Below, piece after piece: positions 1 through 12,329 of a stretch of 64,000 nt of DNA. The notes beneath the pieces are model-generated. The model was not told the DNA's origin and did no database searches. It worked only from the letters and a program-made list of their open reading frames with translations. Numbering within the stretch: position 1 is the first letter of the stretch; every line of letters begins with the position of its first letter. This stretch comes from Octopus bimaculoides. Lineage: Eukaryota. A program made the position numbers and the translations under genes. Location: contig NC_068989.1 in the NCBI RefSeq assembly GCF_001194135.2, positions 4,223,892 to 4,287,891 of the forward strand, read 5' to 3'.

Positions 1-22
1 AGATAGATAGATAGATAGAAAC

Positions 23-71
<49 letters not shown>

Positions 72-78
72 AAGAAAC

Positions 79-144
<66 letters not shown>
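1..144. repeat. (AGAT)n tetranucleotide microsatellite
   Basis: Near-perfect AGAT run with two AGAAACAT interruptions. Confidence 0.97.
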
Positions 145-145
<1 letters not shown>

Positions 146-146
<1 letters not shown>

Positions 147-525
147 CCTTTTACTCGCTCCATAATTGAAAGCGGCCTTGCTGGAGCGCCACCTTGAATG
201 ATTTGTTCGAACAAATCCACCTCAGTGGTTATTTTAAAATATGGTACTTATTCTAAAGGTCTTTTTTGCTGATCTATTGAGTTATAGGTGTATAAACAAA
301 CCAACACCGTTTGTCAAGCGATGGAAGACACAGAAACAGGCACAAAGTGACACACACACACACATATATGTGGAGATATTTACATATACGGCGGGTATTC
401 ACAAAGTTTCCTACTACAAAATTTCAATCACGTCGCATTCGTCGGCACATGCTCAAGTTCGGATGGTTCGGGACTGAACTCGAAACCAATTGAACCCGAA
501 ACCAACTAAACCCGAAAACAATTGA
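146..525 (-). mobile_element. Degraded SINE family B copy
   Basis: GCGGCCTTGCTGGAGCGCCACC, GGTACTTATTCTAAAGGTC, TTGTCAAGCGATGG, an internal (CA)n tract and GGGACTGAACTCGAAACC match the copies at 43873, 56412 and 58505. Confidence 0.7.
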
Positions 526-959
526 CACCAAGGGGAGCTCCTTAAACACGTCCGGTTCTCAGAGCCCTAGGACTCCAGGAAAAAAAAAAAAAAAAACAAA
601 TGTGCAGTAAAATTTACATAATAGTCTCGGTTACTCCAATAAAAACAGCCAGCTAGGTTTTGTTTACTTTTTTAGAAGTTGCTTTTTATCGGTTTTTCAT
701 CGATATTGTTACGGTTTTCGTGTCAAGCCATGCAGTTTGTAGTGATTCTCTGCATAGTTAATGCAGCTTTCAGACAATATCGCTACGATAAAGCATCTTT
801 TTTTTCCCTTTGTTTTTGTTGTTTTTACTCAATTAATGTGATCAAAAGGAAAACCAATTATTTAACAAAGTTGATAATTGCGACATTAATGTTGGCAATG
901 GTAATCCTCGTAAATTTATTCTTCTCCCACGCCAAATATATGTACATATGTACATATAT

Positions 960-1066
960 ACATACACGTATATATGTGCGTATGTATATATGTACATATG
1001 TATTATGTACGTGCATGTACGTATGTATGTACGTACGTACGTACGTATGTATGTATGTATGTATGT
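960..1066. repeat. (GTAT)n/(GTAC)n compound microsatellite
   Basis: Visible tetranucleotide periodicity. Confidence 0.85.
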
Positions 1067-1069
1067 ACG

Positions 1070-1190
1070 CGAAAGTGCGTGGCCTCGTGGTTAGGGTGTT
1101 GTACTTATGATCACGAGATAGTGGTTTCGGTTCCCGAGGAGCGCAGTGCGTTGACTTCTTTAACAAAACACTTCATTTCCCCTTACTGTG
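1070..1190 (+). mobile_element. tRNA-like SINE head (family C type), 3' truncated
   Basis: GTGGCCTCGTGGTTAGGGTGTTG (A-box-like) ... GGTTTCGGTTCCCG (B-box-like) ... GCGTTGACTTCTTTAACAAAACACTTCATTTC, similar to the heads at 11475 and 32965. Confidence 0.6.
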
Positions 1191-1387
1191 TGCTCACTTC
1201 GCCATACGGCAAGTGTGTGCACATATTGTACGCATGTGTATATTGGACATATGCAAGTGTTTCTGTACGTATGTATGAATGGATATCAGCATGAATGCGT
1301 GCTTGCTTCATGTATGTCTATATGTATCTATGCATGTGCGCGCACATCTATTTATTTATCAATCTGCCTATCTATTAACTATCTGTT

Positions 1388-1392
1388 TGCTC

Positions 1393-1427
<35 letters not shown>

Positions 1428-1522
1428 CATCTATTTATTTATCTATCTATTTATCTATTTATTTCTCTATCCATCTATTTATATATCTATCTCTCCATCC
1501 ATTTATTTCTCCATCCATCCAT

Positions 1523-1610
<88 letters not shown>

Positions 1611-1621
1611 CTATCTATCTG
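1388..1621. repeat. (ATCT)n microsatellite field
   Basis: Long ATCT/ATTT/ATCC run. Confidence 0.95.
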
Positions 1622-2049
1622 TTTACCTAACTAAGCAATAAGTCGTGATCCTATTATTAGAAAAAAGAAAATAAAACGTGACTCATAAGCGCTATATATA
1701 TAATCCACTTAAGAGATTAGTGTTTGTGGCAGGAAAAACGAACAAACCACAAAATAACAATGAAATGGCAAAAATATTTGGTCCAGATTATATATAAAAC
1801 TTAGTTAAAAAACATTATGTTGAGAAGAATCGGAACAATATGAACAACATCACAGGAAAAAAATAACAATTACTATAATGATAATATTAAAAATAGTAAC
1901 ACTAACAATGACAACCTAATGCAAATGACAACAGAATATTTGGTCGTGTCTGAAAATAACTGGTCTGAATTTGTGCATTTTATTTACGTTTGTAGTGAAC
2001 GTATGGAGATATTTTTGTGAAGGGCGCTGGTGGAGTTATAGAAGTGGTC

Positions 2050-2330
2050 AACATGATGATGATGGTGTTGCTGGTGGTAGCCGTAGTGATGGTGATGGTG
2101 ATGAGGGTGGTAGTGGTAGTGATGGTGATGGCTGTGAAGTCGGGATATTGGTGATTATGATAATGATGATAGCAAAATATTTTAGGTGAGATCTTCTGTC
2201 GGTAACGAAGATGGCTGTGATGATGATAACGGTATTGTTAACAGTACTGGTGGTAGCGGCTGTGATAGTGGCAGAGTTGATGGCAAATGTGTTGGTGCTT
2301 GTTGTGGTGTTAGTGGTAGTAGTGATGATC
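2050..2330. repeat. Degenerate (GAT/GGT)n trinucleotide field
   Basis: GAT, GGT and AGT triplet periodicity; the ORFs here are low-complexity artefacts. Confidence 0.8.
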
Positions 2331-3325
2331 ATGCCCTCTGGGCTCTTTATCCAACTGTCATCGAGGTCACCTTTGCCTTTCTTCTTGTATAGTCGAAATA
2401 TATGGCAACGGTCTCCGGTGGCGAATCGGTGAAGTTTTTACAGCATCGAACGATATGCTTTAGAATATCTGATACGAATCTTTGTGTTCTTAGTTCTACT
2501 TCAGCCTTGATCACTAAAAATAAGACTCGGCAATAAAGCCAGATCCTCAAAAACAACACAAGCATTAAAGAAATACTTCTAAGTGAGATCCGATTGAGCG
2601 AAATTTACCCAACTTAGGCAAATGAAAGACATAGTTGACCCTCGGGACAACTGATATTAAATTATTCCTTTTTTTTTTTTCAATTCTTGGAAATCCCAGT
2701 ATATCTTACTCGCGGTGTATTTACTTAATTGGACCTAATAAACTTAGCAAGGTCCAACGTTCTTCAAACTAGAAAATTCTTCACTGTTACTGAACAAGTG
2801 GTACTAAATTCTGGTTTGAAATTGTTTGCTTTTATTAGTTCTCCTTGCAATATACAAAGAAAGTAATCGTTTCATATATTTCTAGAGGTTGTAATGGAAT
2901 TTGTACTATTGTAGAAACCAATTACCCTAAGTTTCTTTGAAAAGCAGACGATAAAAAGCAAACTTTATTTCTTTTCTTATGCTTTTATTTTATTGTTTAT
3001 ACATAAACCTGTTTTATTGCAACCGACTTCAGAAAGTATTGTATGTAAAGAAAGTTTGTTTCTAATTCCTGTATCTTTTAGATATCCGTTCTATTTGTAA
3101 AGCAGTATTTTACATTGGTGTTATACACTTGTTCGGAATCACATATATTTTCTGATTTTCCTTGTATTCAAAGTTCTTTCACTTTATTCCATTTCCCAAA
3201 TATTGGAACATACTTTACTATTTCAGTGGTTACACTCTCATGTAATAGGACATATGTAAAAACAGCTGGTTGTTGTCTTTGCCTCCACTCACACGCACAC
3301 ACGCGAACACACGCGCGCACACACA

Positions 3326-3385
<60 letters not shown>

Positions 3386-4258
3386 NNNNNNNNNNNNNNN
3401 NNNNNNNNNNNNNNNNNNNNNNNNNNNNNNNNNNNNNNNNNNNNNNNNNNNNNNNNNNNNNNNNNNNNNNNNNNNNNNNNNNNNNNNNNNNNNNNNNNNN
3501 NNNNNNNNNNNNNNNNNNNNNNNNNNNNNNNNNNNNNNNNNNNNNNNNNNNNNNNNNNNNNNNNNNNNNNNNNNNNNNNNNNNNNNNNNNNNNNNNNNNN
3601 NNNNNNNNNNNNNNNNNNNNNNNNNNNNNNNNNNNNNNNNNNNNNNNNNNNNNNNNNNNNNNNNNNNNNNNNNNNNNNNNNNNNNNNNNNNNNNNNNNNN
3701 NNNNNNNNNNNNNNNNNNNNNNNNNNNNNNNNNNNNNNNNNNNNNNNNNNNNNNNNNNNNNNNNNNNNNNNNNNNNNNNNNNNNNNNNNNNNNNNNNNNN
3801 NNNNNNNNNNNNNNNNNNNNNNNNNNNNNNNNNNNNNNNNNNNNNNNNNNNNNNNNNNNNNNNNNNNNNNNNNNNNNNNNNNNNNNNNNNNNNNNNNNNN
3901 NNNNNNNNNNNNNNNNNNNNNNNNNNNNNNNNNNNNNNNNNNNNNNNNNNNNNNNNNNNNNNNNNNNNNNNNNNNNNNNNNNNNNNNNNNNNNNNNNNNN
4001 NNNNNNNNNNNNNNNNNNNNNNNNNNNNNNNNNNNNNNNNNNNNNNNNNNNNNNNNNNNNNNNNNNNNNNNNNNNNNNNNNNNNNNNNNNNNNNNNNNNN
4101 NNNNNNNNNNNNNNNNNNNNNNNNNNNNNNNNNNNNNNNNNNNNNNNNNNNNNNNNNNNNNNNNNNNNNNNNNNNNNNNNNNNNNNNNNNNNNNNNNNNN
4201 NNNNNNNNNNNNNNNNNNNNNNNNNNNNNNNNNNNNNNNNNNNNNNNNNNNNNNNNNN

Positions 4259-4291
<33 letters not shown>

Positions 4292-4399
4292 TTGTATGTA
4301 TGTTTGTATGTATGTATGTATGTATGTTGTATGTATATATGTAGGACAGAAAGAAGCAATGGCTAAAATTTAGACTAGATTAGTTTGGTGTTTAGAAAC

Positions 4400-5860
4400 G
4401 GGTAAACTCCAATGGGGTTGAATAACAGGGGCCCAACGGGGAATATGAGGACATTTCTTTCTCCTTCTGAGTGTCGCCACGTTTAATTCGGATTGTATGT
4501 AGCTTTAGCTTTTTCGTTCGATGTTGCTAGGATCAAGGGTCGGTAAACGAGATGGTCGGACATTTGCTTGGAATACGTGGTTAGCTAAGCTTCATGTTTT
4601 TCCTTTGTAGTTGCATTTATCACAAGGGACATCCCTTTCTACACAATATTTAGTGGAGTTAGAAATACGAAAATTAATGAATTATAAGGAAAAAGCACAG
4701 AAATGACATACTTGTATTTTGTTTACTTATGAAAAAGATCTTCAAATTTTAGTGTGTAATAATCCTACAGAGAACAATTACGTTCCTTTTAGAAATCGTC
4801 TTTATTTGCATTTATACTTAGGTTTACTGTTTAATAAACGTTGCTATAATATCTTTATCCTTTTATTTCACTCCGTGTCTGTAGGCGTTAAAAACATAAT
4901 TTTAATATACAATGATTCACGTCTGATTATTCTCGTCATTTAATTTCGTTTATGAAGCACCAGCTGGAAATGTGTTGCACCATTAAATTTCTTTCATCGA
5001 AATCAGTATTGCCTTTGAAAATTTTTTTATTTTTGTGTCAGAATGATTGTATTGTATAGGTTTACTATATTAGTCTCACTAATACATGCCACACGTGTGT
5101 TAACAAGTTGGTGTGATTTTTCTTTATGTTCATAGTAATTGAATCGGGTTGTCTCTAAATTATCACTTGTACGATGTCTTTTTCGTTGTACTTGATTCCG
5201 TCTTTATAGTGATTACTGCATAAGTTTATGTTGTAAAAGCTCGTTTATTCCTTTTCTTTAAATGGTGTTTAGTAAGCACTAGACTTAATGTAAGTTTGTC
5301 CTTTTAATTTCAATTATCGTAATGATTTTTTGTGTGTTATATCAGATTGTATATGTCTAAGTTTTCATTTCATTGTTTGTTTGAAAGGATATATGTTTGT
5401 GTTATGTATTCTTCACTCTGTTTGGTGATAAACATGTTCATGTGATGTTTTTCTTTATATCTTGTAATTCCGGGAACGTTTTAATACTTTTTGGTGCTGT
5501 CGACGCTGTTGAGTTGAGAGGTATTGCCAGGAAATGAAACTACCATGATCTCCAATAGTACAGCAGATGATGGGACTACATATGTCTGTTTCGATATAAA
5601 TTGTTAATGTGATACTTATGTACCTTCTCCCTTTTTGGTTCGTTCTTGAGTGTTTTCGTCACATTTGATTATTTCATGTCTTGTTGTTTTTAGACTTCTC
5701 TTGTCCTCAGAAATTGAGTAGGGTCCGCCTTTGCAGCTTCCTTTGGTGATTCATTGTATGTCCACGATTTTTATGATCTTATATTTCGTTGGCCAGGGAT
5801 GGTACTTGTTACTACTAATCTGTTTATTAGGTACAGTACATAAGAATTTTAGCGGTTTTT
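4400..5860 (-). mobile_element. Highly degraded Penelope-like element remnant (GIY-YIG C-terminal region)
   Basis: Manual minus-strand translation gives broken motifs in the expected order: SF*HKNKK, KLNDENNQ, NAYRHGVK, RLLNSKPKYKCK*RRFL. These resemble the Penelope endonuclease C-terminus (SFRH..K; KLKD.N; LLNSR..KCRH..FL). Many stops and frameshifts. Confidence 0.4.
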
Positions 5861-5867
5861 ACAATTA

Positions 5868-6097
5868 CAGTAATCACACGACTATCGTGAGTGTTACCTT
5901 ACAAAACAGTACTGTGCTGTATATTTTTCTATATTATTTTTATAATGTGTATATATTTATTTTATTATAAATTCCAAACAACACCACGGAGGAATCGACG
6001 TAAGCTCAAATAATAAACCACGATAGGTGAACCGCGATAGGTGAACCGCGATAGGTGAACCGCGATAGGTGAACCGCGATATGGCGAGAGATTACTG
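5868..6097. mobile_element. Non-autonomous Tc1/mariner-superfamily (pogo/Tigger-like) MITE, 230 bp
   Basis: Left end TA|CAGTAATCACACGACTATCG. Right end reads TA|CAGTAATCTCTCGCCATATCG on the reverse strand. Imperfect TIRs with TA target duplication at 5866-5867 and 6098-6099; no coding capacity. Confidence 0.8.
6021..6080. repeat. Perfect 14-bp tandem repeat (CGATAGGTGAACCG) x4.3
   Basis: Four exact units plus CGAT, inside the right subterminal region of the MITE. Confidence 0.97.
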
Positions 6098-6485
6098 TAG
6101 TGCTTGTCAATACGTTGTGGGTTGCTTGTGACACAAACACATTCACACTCTCCATCTCCCTCCCTCTCTCTCTCTCTCTCTCTCTCACGCACACACACAC
6201 ACATACACGCATATATAAATATTTAGGCATGACTGAGGAAAAGTCTGTGCGTGTGAAAGCATGCGTGTGCGAGCGTTCATGTCATTTAAGTGCATCGAAT
6301 TTAGAGTAATCAGTTAAAGAGTATGATTAAAATGTAGGGAGTCGTTTTACAGTCACACTCCTCAACACGAGACACCAACACACAAACAAATGCACCAGCG
6401 CACTCTACCTACAAACACATCTGATGACATTAAATACATGGATATACACGTAAATGCATAAACGTAGTGCACAAATAAATATATG

Positions 6486-6516
<31 letters not shown>

Positions 6517-6740
6517 NNNNNNNNNNNNNNNNNNNNNNNNNNNNNNNNNNNNNNNNNNNNNNNNNNNNNNNNNNNNNNNNNNNNNNNNNNNNNNNNNNNN
6601 NNNNNNNNNNNNNNNNNNNNNNNNNNNNNNNNNNNNNNNNNNNNNNNNNNNNNNNNNNNNNNNNNNNNNNNNNNNNNNNNNNNNNNNNNNNNNNNNNNNN
6701 NNNNNNNNNNNNNNNNNNNNNNNNNNNNNNNNNNNNNNNN

Positions 6741-6820
6741 NCACGTGTATTCTTTGGTTCTTTTATTACTTTATTTGTTTCAATCATTTGACTGCGGCCA
6801 TGCTGGAGTACCGCCTTAAG
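6741..6820 (-). mobile_element. SINE family B 3' fragment
   Basis: TTTGTTTCAATCATTTGACTGCGGCCATGCTGGAGTACCGCCTT matches the family B terminus. Confidence 0.75.
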
Positions 6821-6833
6821 GGGTATATATATA

Positions 6834-6870
<37 letters not shown>

Positions 6871-6888
6871 AAATTCTTCTGCTGCGCA

Positions 6889-6980
6889 GTAGTAGTAGTA
6901 GTAGTAGTAGTACCATCACCACCACCACCACCAGCAATAGCAATAGCAGCAGCAGCAGCAGCAGCAGCAGCAGGCGGCAA
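6889..6980. repeat. Compound (AGT)n-(ACC)n-(AGC)n microsatellite
   Basis: Direct triplet runs. Confidence 0.9.
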
Positions 6981-8489
6981 AGGTGGAGTATTATTTATAA
7001 TGATTAGAAATCGTGTTTGCGAATGATTTTCGATGTGCTTGGAATGCGATGCAACGATTCTATTCTCTTAGCTGACTCTCAGCGAACTTTAGCGTAACAC
7101 GACTCCAACGATCATATAACCAATTTCTTTTGTTGCCTCAATCCAATTTAAGGATTCGATTATTATTATTGTTGTTGTTCTAGTTGATATCATTGTTGCT
7201 GTTAATGAGTTCAAATGCCATCGACGTCATAGTTGCCTTCCATCCTATCAGGGCCACTGAAAAATCAATTACCACGTGCGTACTAATAACTTCCTTTCAA
7301 AACCTCTCGCCCTGGGCCTCAATTAGGTAACGTTGTTGTTCTTTTTGCTTTGCAGTAGTTTTACTGAGTTCCTTCCTCACACAACCGAGTACAACTGATT
7401 GTGATTCGACTATCTTTTATCTTTTAGCTTTTATGTGTTTCAGTCGTTAGATTGAGGTGTTTTGGCCATGTTGACGAGGCCTACGACTTTCAACCCATGG
7501 CCCGATGTTTAAAAATATTGCTGCGGTTTCGTCATGTATCTGGAAAATAAACGTGGCACGTGATCGTCCGTGTTAGTTCAAACACTTGTGAAGAAATGAG
7601 GCGCAACACAAAGGTCAGTTATCTGCAGTAGGCAGTTCTATTTCATGAAATAGAAGAGATATTGTCCTTCATCTGGCTTGTGCTACGAAGGATTTAGCTG
7701 AGTACAAGACTAATTATCCCACATTCTGTTGATGTCCTCAAATGAAATTCTTCCCAAACTCTTAACGAGGGATGCTAAAAGCATAGACACGCGCACGCTC
7801 ACATACACACACACACACACACTTTCCCTCACACATACACACACACAAACAAAGAGAAGTTGGGTTTTGTTTTATCGGCTTCACAATAATGTAGACAGGG
7901 TATAAACGAATTAAGATAAGATTTACGAAGATTTTGATGTGGGAAGATCGTAAGCCTTTCTTGAGAATTTAATAAAAGCACCGATAAACTATTAAAATTA
8001 CGAAATTTTTTTCATTCCCATTGATTTAGCAAATCGATTCATTTCAAATGTCTTTATTGATTATGATAGCAAGAATTTTCTTTTGCGCCAGAGAGCATTC
8101 ATATTAAATAACCACTGAAAATTCAGTCCACCATTCTGATTATTCAAACTCTTAATATTTTATTCAGTTGCCATCCAATTTTAATTCCTTTTAACAAATG
8201 CCTTTACCTCTGTCCTTCTTCGTTGTTGATGCTGTTTTTGACAATGTTGCTATCGGCAGTCTTCCTGCTGTTCTATATTTAAATTCATTTCTCTCCGTGC
8301 CCCCGGGGACACATTATTAACAGCGGGCAATGCAGTAATTTTTATTTTACTATCTTCATTTTATTATCTTATCATGTGACCAATTTAATATCTTCAAATA
8401 TGGCTGTCTTCCTTCACATAATTCTTCATCGTCATTTTCAGTTGGATTTTTTTTTTTGTTTGCTTTTCTTATGTTTTTTCTCTTCGTCA

Positions 8490-8762
8490 ATCACCACCAT
8501 CCTCTTCCTAATCATCAACAAATTTATCATCACCTTCACCATCATCATCATCATCATCATCGTCGTCGTCGTCGTCGTCGTCGTCGTCCTCATCACCGCC
8601 GTCATCGTCTTCCTCGTCGTCCTATCGTCGTCATCGCCATCGTCATTTTCATTTTCATCATTGTTCCCTATCAGCAAAAGCGATTTTATCATCGTCATCA
8701 TCGCTGTCATCATCATCACCACCATTATCGTCACCATCGCCGTCGTAGTCCTCATGATGATG
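8490..8762. repeat. (CAT)n/(CGT)n trinucleotide field
   Basis: Direct triplet runs leading into an N gap. Confidence 0.9.
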
Positions 8763-9576
8763 NNNNNNNNNNNNNNNNNNNNNNNNNNNNNNNNNNNNNN
8801 NNNNNNNNNNNNNNNNNNNNNNNNNNNNNNNNNNNNNNNNNNNNNNNNNNNNNNNNNNNNNNNNNNNNNNNNNNNNNNNNNNNNNNNNNNNNNNNNNNNN
8901 NNNNNNNNNNNNNNNNNNNNNNNNNNNNNNNNNNNNNNNNNNNNNNNNNNNNNNNNNNNNNNNNNNNNNNNNNNNNNNNNNNNNNNNNNNNNNNNNNNNN
9001 NNNNNNNNNNNNNNNNNNNNNNNNNNNNNNNNNNNNNNNNNNNNNNNNNNNNNNNNNNNNNNNNNNNNNNNNNNNNNNNNNNNNNNNNNNNNNNNNNNNN
9101 NNNNNNNNNNNNNNNNNNNNNNNNNNNNNNNNNNNNNNNNNNNNNNNNNNNNNNNNNNNNNNNNNNNNNNNNNNNNNNNNNNNNNNNNNNNNNNNNNNNN
9201 NNNNNNNNNNNNNNNNNNNNNNNNNNNNNNNNNNNNNNNNNNNNNNNNNNNNNNNNNNNNNNNNNNNNNNNNNNNNNNNNNNNNNNNNNNNNNNNNNNNN
9301 NNNNNNNNNNNNNNNNNNNNNNNNNNNNNNNNNNNNNNNNNNNNNNNNNNNNNNNNNNNNNNNNNNNNNNNNNNNNNNNNNNNNNNNNNNNNNNNNNNNN
9401 NNNNNNNNNNNNNNNNNNNNNNNNNNNNNNNNNNNNNNNNNNNNNNNNNNNNNNNNNNNNNNNNNNNNNNNNNNNNNNNNNNNNNNNNNNNNNNNNNNNN
9501 NNNNNNNNNNNNNNNNNNNNNNNNNNNNNNNNNNNNNNNNNNNNNNNNNNNNNNNNNNNNNNNNNNNNNNNNNNNN

Positions 9577-9638
<62 letters not shown>

Positions 9639-10844
9639 GGATACATACATGCATATCAACATGTTCGTGCCAATACAAGCAAATATGAAATCCTCATACC
9701 ACACAATAGTAAGCTCTCCCGCAAACTCCCAGACTCTCACAACCTCTCCTTCACTCTCACAAAGAAAAACCAAGCACATCTGTCATTGTCGAATAGCTTC
9801 TTCTCCTTCCCGTGTCGGCTGCGTTCGCTTTTCTATTTTGCACTTCTCAATCGAATTGACGTTTCCGTTTTCTCATATTGTTCTTAGCTGTTGGACATCT
9901 TCAGTCTTCTCACTGTATTGGCACGGGACAATGTGTTGAAAAGCAAATTTCTGCAGCGTTGCTTTATCTCTTTGCTCTCGGCGACAATGGCTGCGTTGCT
10001 TGCATGCGCCTTGCTTCTTCCAGTGTTTTCTCTATTGTCATGTTTTAAAGATAATGAGGTTGTTGTTGATATTGATGTTGTTGTTGTTATTGCGGAGGAC
10101 GGTGCTGTCTATGCCATTTAAAGTGGTGGCTATGATGTTAATAGTGTTGTTGCTGATAATGATGGTTGTGTTGGTGGTGATGATGACGAAGGGAAAGTCA
10201 GGGGTTGAGTTGTTGGCGATGGTAGTCGTGGTGGCGGCGATGGTTGTGATACTGGAAGGGGTGGGGGTGGTAGTGGTGGTGGTGGTGGTGGTGGTGGTGG
10301 TGGTGATAATGGCGTTTGCTGATTCCATTTGTATAATGNNNNNNNNNNNNNNNNNNNNNNNNNNNNNNNNNNNNNNNNNNNNNNNNNNNNNNNNNNNNNN
10401 NNNNNNNNNNNNNNNNNNNNNNNNNNNNNNNNNNNNNNNNNNNNNNNNNNNNNNNNNNNNNNNNNNNNNNNNNNNNNNNNNNNNNNNNNNNNNNNNNNNN
10501 NNNNNNNNNNNNNNNNNNNNNNNNNNNNNNNNNNNNNNNNNNNNNNNNNNNNNNNNNNNNNNNNNNNNNNNNNNNNNNNNNNNNNNNNNNNNNNNNNNNN
10601 NNNNNNNNNNNNNNNNNNNNNNNNNNNNNNNNNNNNNNNNNNNNNNNNNNNNNNNNNNNNNNNNNNNNNNNNNNNNNNNNNNNNNNNNNNNNNNNNNNNN
10701 NNNNNNNNNNNNNNNNNNNNNNNNNNNNNNNNNNNNNNNNNNNNNNNNNNNNNNNNNNNNNNNNNNNNNNNNNNNNNNNNNNNNNNNNNNNNNNNNNNNN
10801 NNNNNNNNNNNNNNNNNNNNNNNNNNNNNNNNNNNNNNNNNNNT

Positions 10845-10858
10845 GATGATGATGATGG

Positions 10859-10928
<70 letters not shown>

Positions 10929-10935
10929 GATGACG

Positions 10936-10993
<58 letters not shown>

Positions 10994-11106
10994 CGATGAT
11001 GATGATGATGATGACGATGATTATGATGATTGTGGTGATGACGATTGTGGTGATGATGGTGATGATGATGATGATGATGATGATGATTATGATGATGGTG
11101 ATGATG

Positions 11107-11138
<32 letters not shown>

Positions 11139-11175
11139 GATGATGATTATGATGATTGTGGTGATGATGATGACA
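10845..11175. repeat. (GAT)n microsatellite field, about 330 bp
   Basis: Long GAT run with GGT/GAC/TAT variants; the poly-D, poly-M and poly-H ORFs are artefacts. Confidence 0.97.
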
Positions 11176-11474
11176 GCACTGGTGGCGGCGACGCTGACGG
11201 AGATTGAATGGAATTGATTCAGCCATGGTTTTCCACTGATCTCAGATATTGTTAAATTAAATATAAACGAGAGCGAAATTAATAATTAGAGAAAGGTGAC
11301 TAATTGCTACTGGATGGCGGCGGCGGGGGGGGGGCTCTTTAATCCAATGTCGTAATCGCATTTTCTACCAACGTCGCTGAAGAAGCTTTGCAGCGGATAC
11401 AACAGAATATAGTGGATAACAACAACAACAATTACTAACCCGAACATTTCTTGGAGAGTGGTGGATGGATAAAT

Positions 11475-11650
11475 GCTCGTGGTGCAATGGTGAGGCCGTT
11501 GCACACACACGATCGCAGGTTCATGGTTTCGATTCTCGAACTGGGAGGCGCGTTGTGTTTTTGAGTAAAACACTCCCTTCCAGGTCGCTCCGGTGTACTC
11601 AGCTATAAATGAGTAAACATGTGATAGGCTGGTGTACCGTTCAGGAGGAT
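11475..11650 (+). mobile_element. tRNA-like SINE head and core (family C type)
   Basis: GTGGTGCAATGGTGAGG (A-box-like), GGTTTCGATTCTCG (B-box-like), GCGTTGTGTTTTTGAGTAAAACACT ... CAGCTATAAATGAGTA. Confidence 0.65.
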
Positions 11651-12329
11651 GGTTGTGATTTCGGTCAGTTATATGCCATGGAAGCTTGGTACCGGCCCCT
11701 GGTGTGTCATAGGACTAGAAACAGTAATGCTCAGCAGTTGTCGTTAACGTTAACGATGATACATTGCTTATATAGGTCCCAATACATGGCCGGATGGATT
11801 GTGTATTATCGTTCCCATCCCAGTAAATGGAGACGTTAGCTCAGAATGTAGTTACTCAGCTCAAGGCAATCACTTGGCTCCTGCTTCAATTTAAGTTTTG
11901 GTACTACATCAAAATCCTCCGTGGCCGTGGTTTTTAGTCTGAACATAACGTATCTCCTCTCTGAAAAAAAAAAAATATATCAACGCCGCCTCTCGTACTA
12001 CGATTCAGCCATTCAAATAAAATAGATATAACTTTAATCCGCTTTTATATTCCTACAATAGGTGAATAATGTTCACCCATTGAGGGATGCATATGTTCAA
12101 GAGTACTGTAGCGGGTAAAGATTGAACGTAATAGATTTAATATTTAAATTCGTGCCAAAATTTTAAAGAATTATTTTACCAAGTCTCACTCCCCCTCCTA
12201 CAAGGAAACTGAAAATTACAGACAATCTCAACGAATTGCGGAACTTAAAAAGACGTAATTAATAAATGAACCCTGTATTTGGTTCTACTGTTCCAACGCT
12301 TCTGAAATCCATTATTTTTAAGAATTCAG

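Noticed and set aside
6021-6080. CRISPR-like array
   Set aside because: Contiguous tandem repeat with no spacers, in eukaryotic DNA inside a MITE.
12061-12113. Exon-like segment with a good acceptor and a GTAAAG donor
   Set aside because: The phase needed to join 21545 introduces a stop (GAA TAA), and there is no other support.
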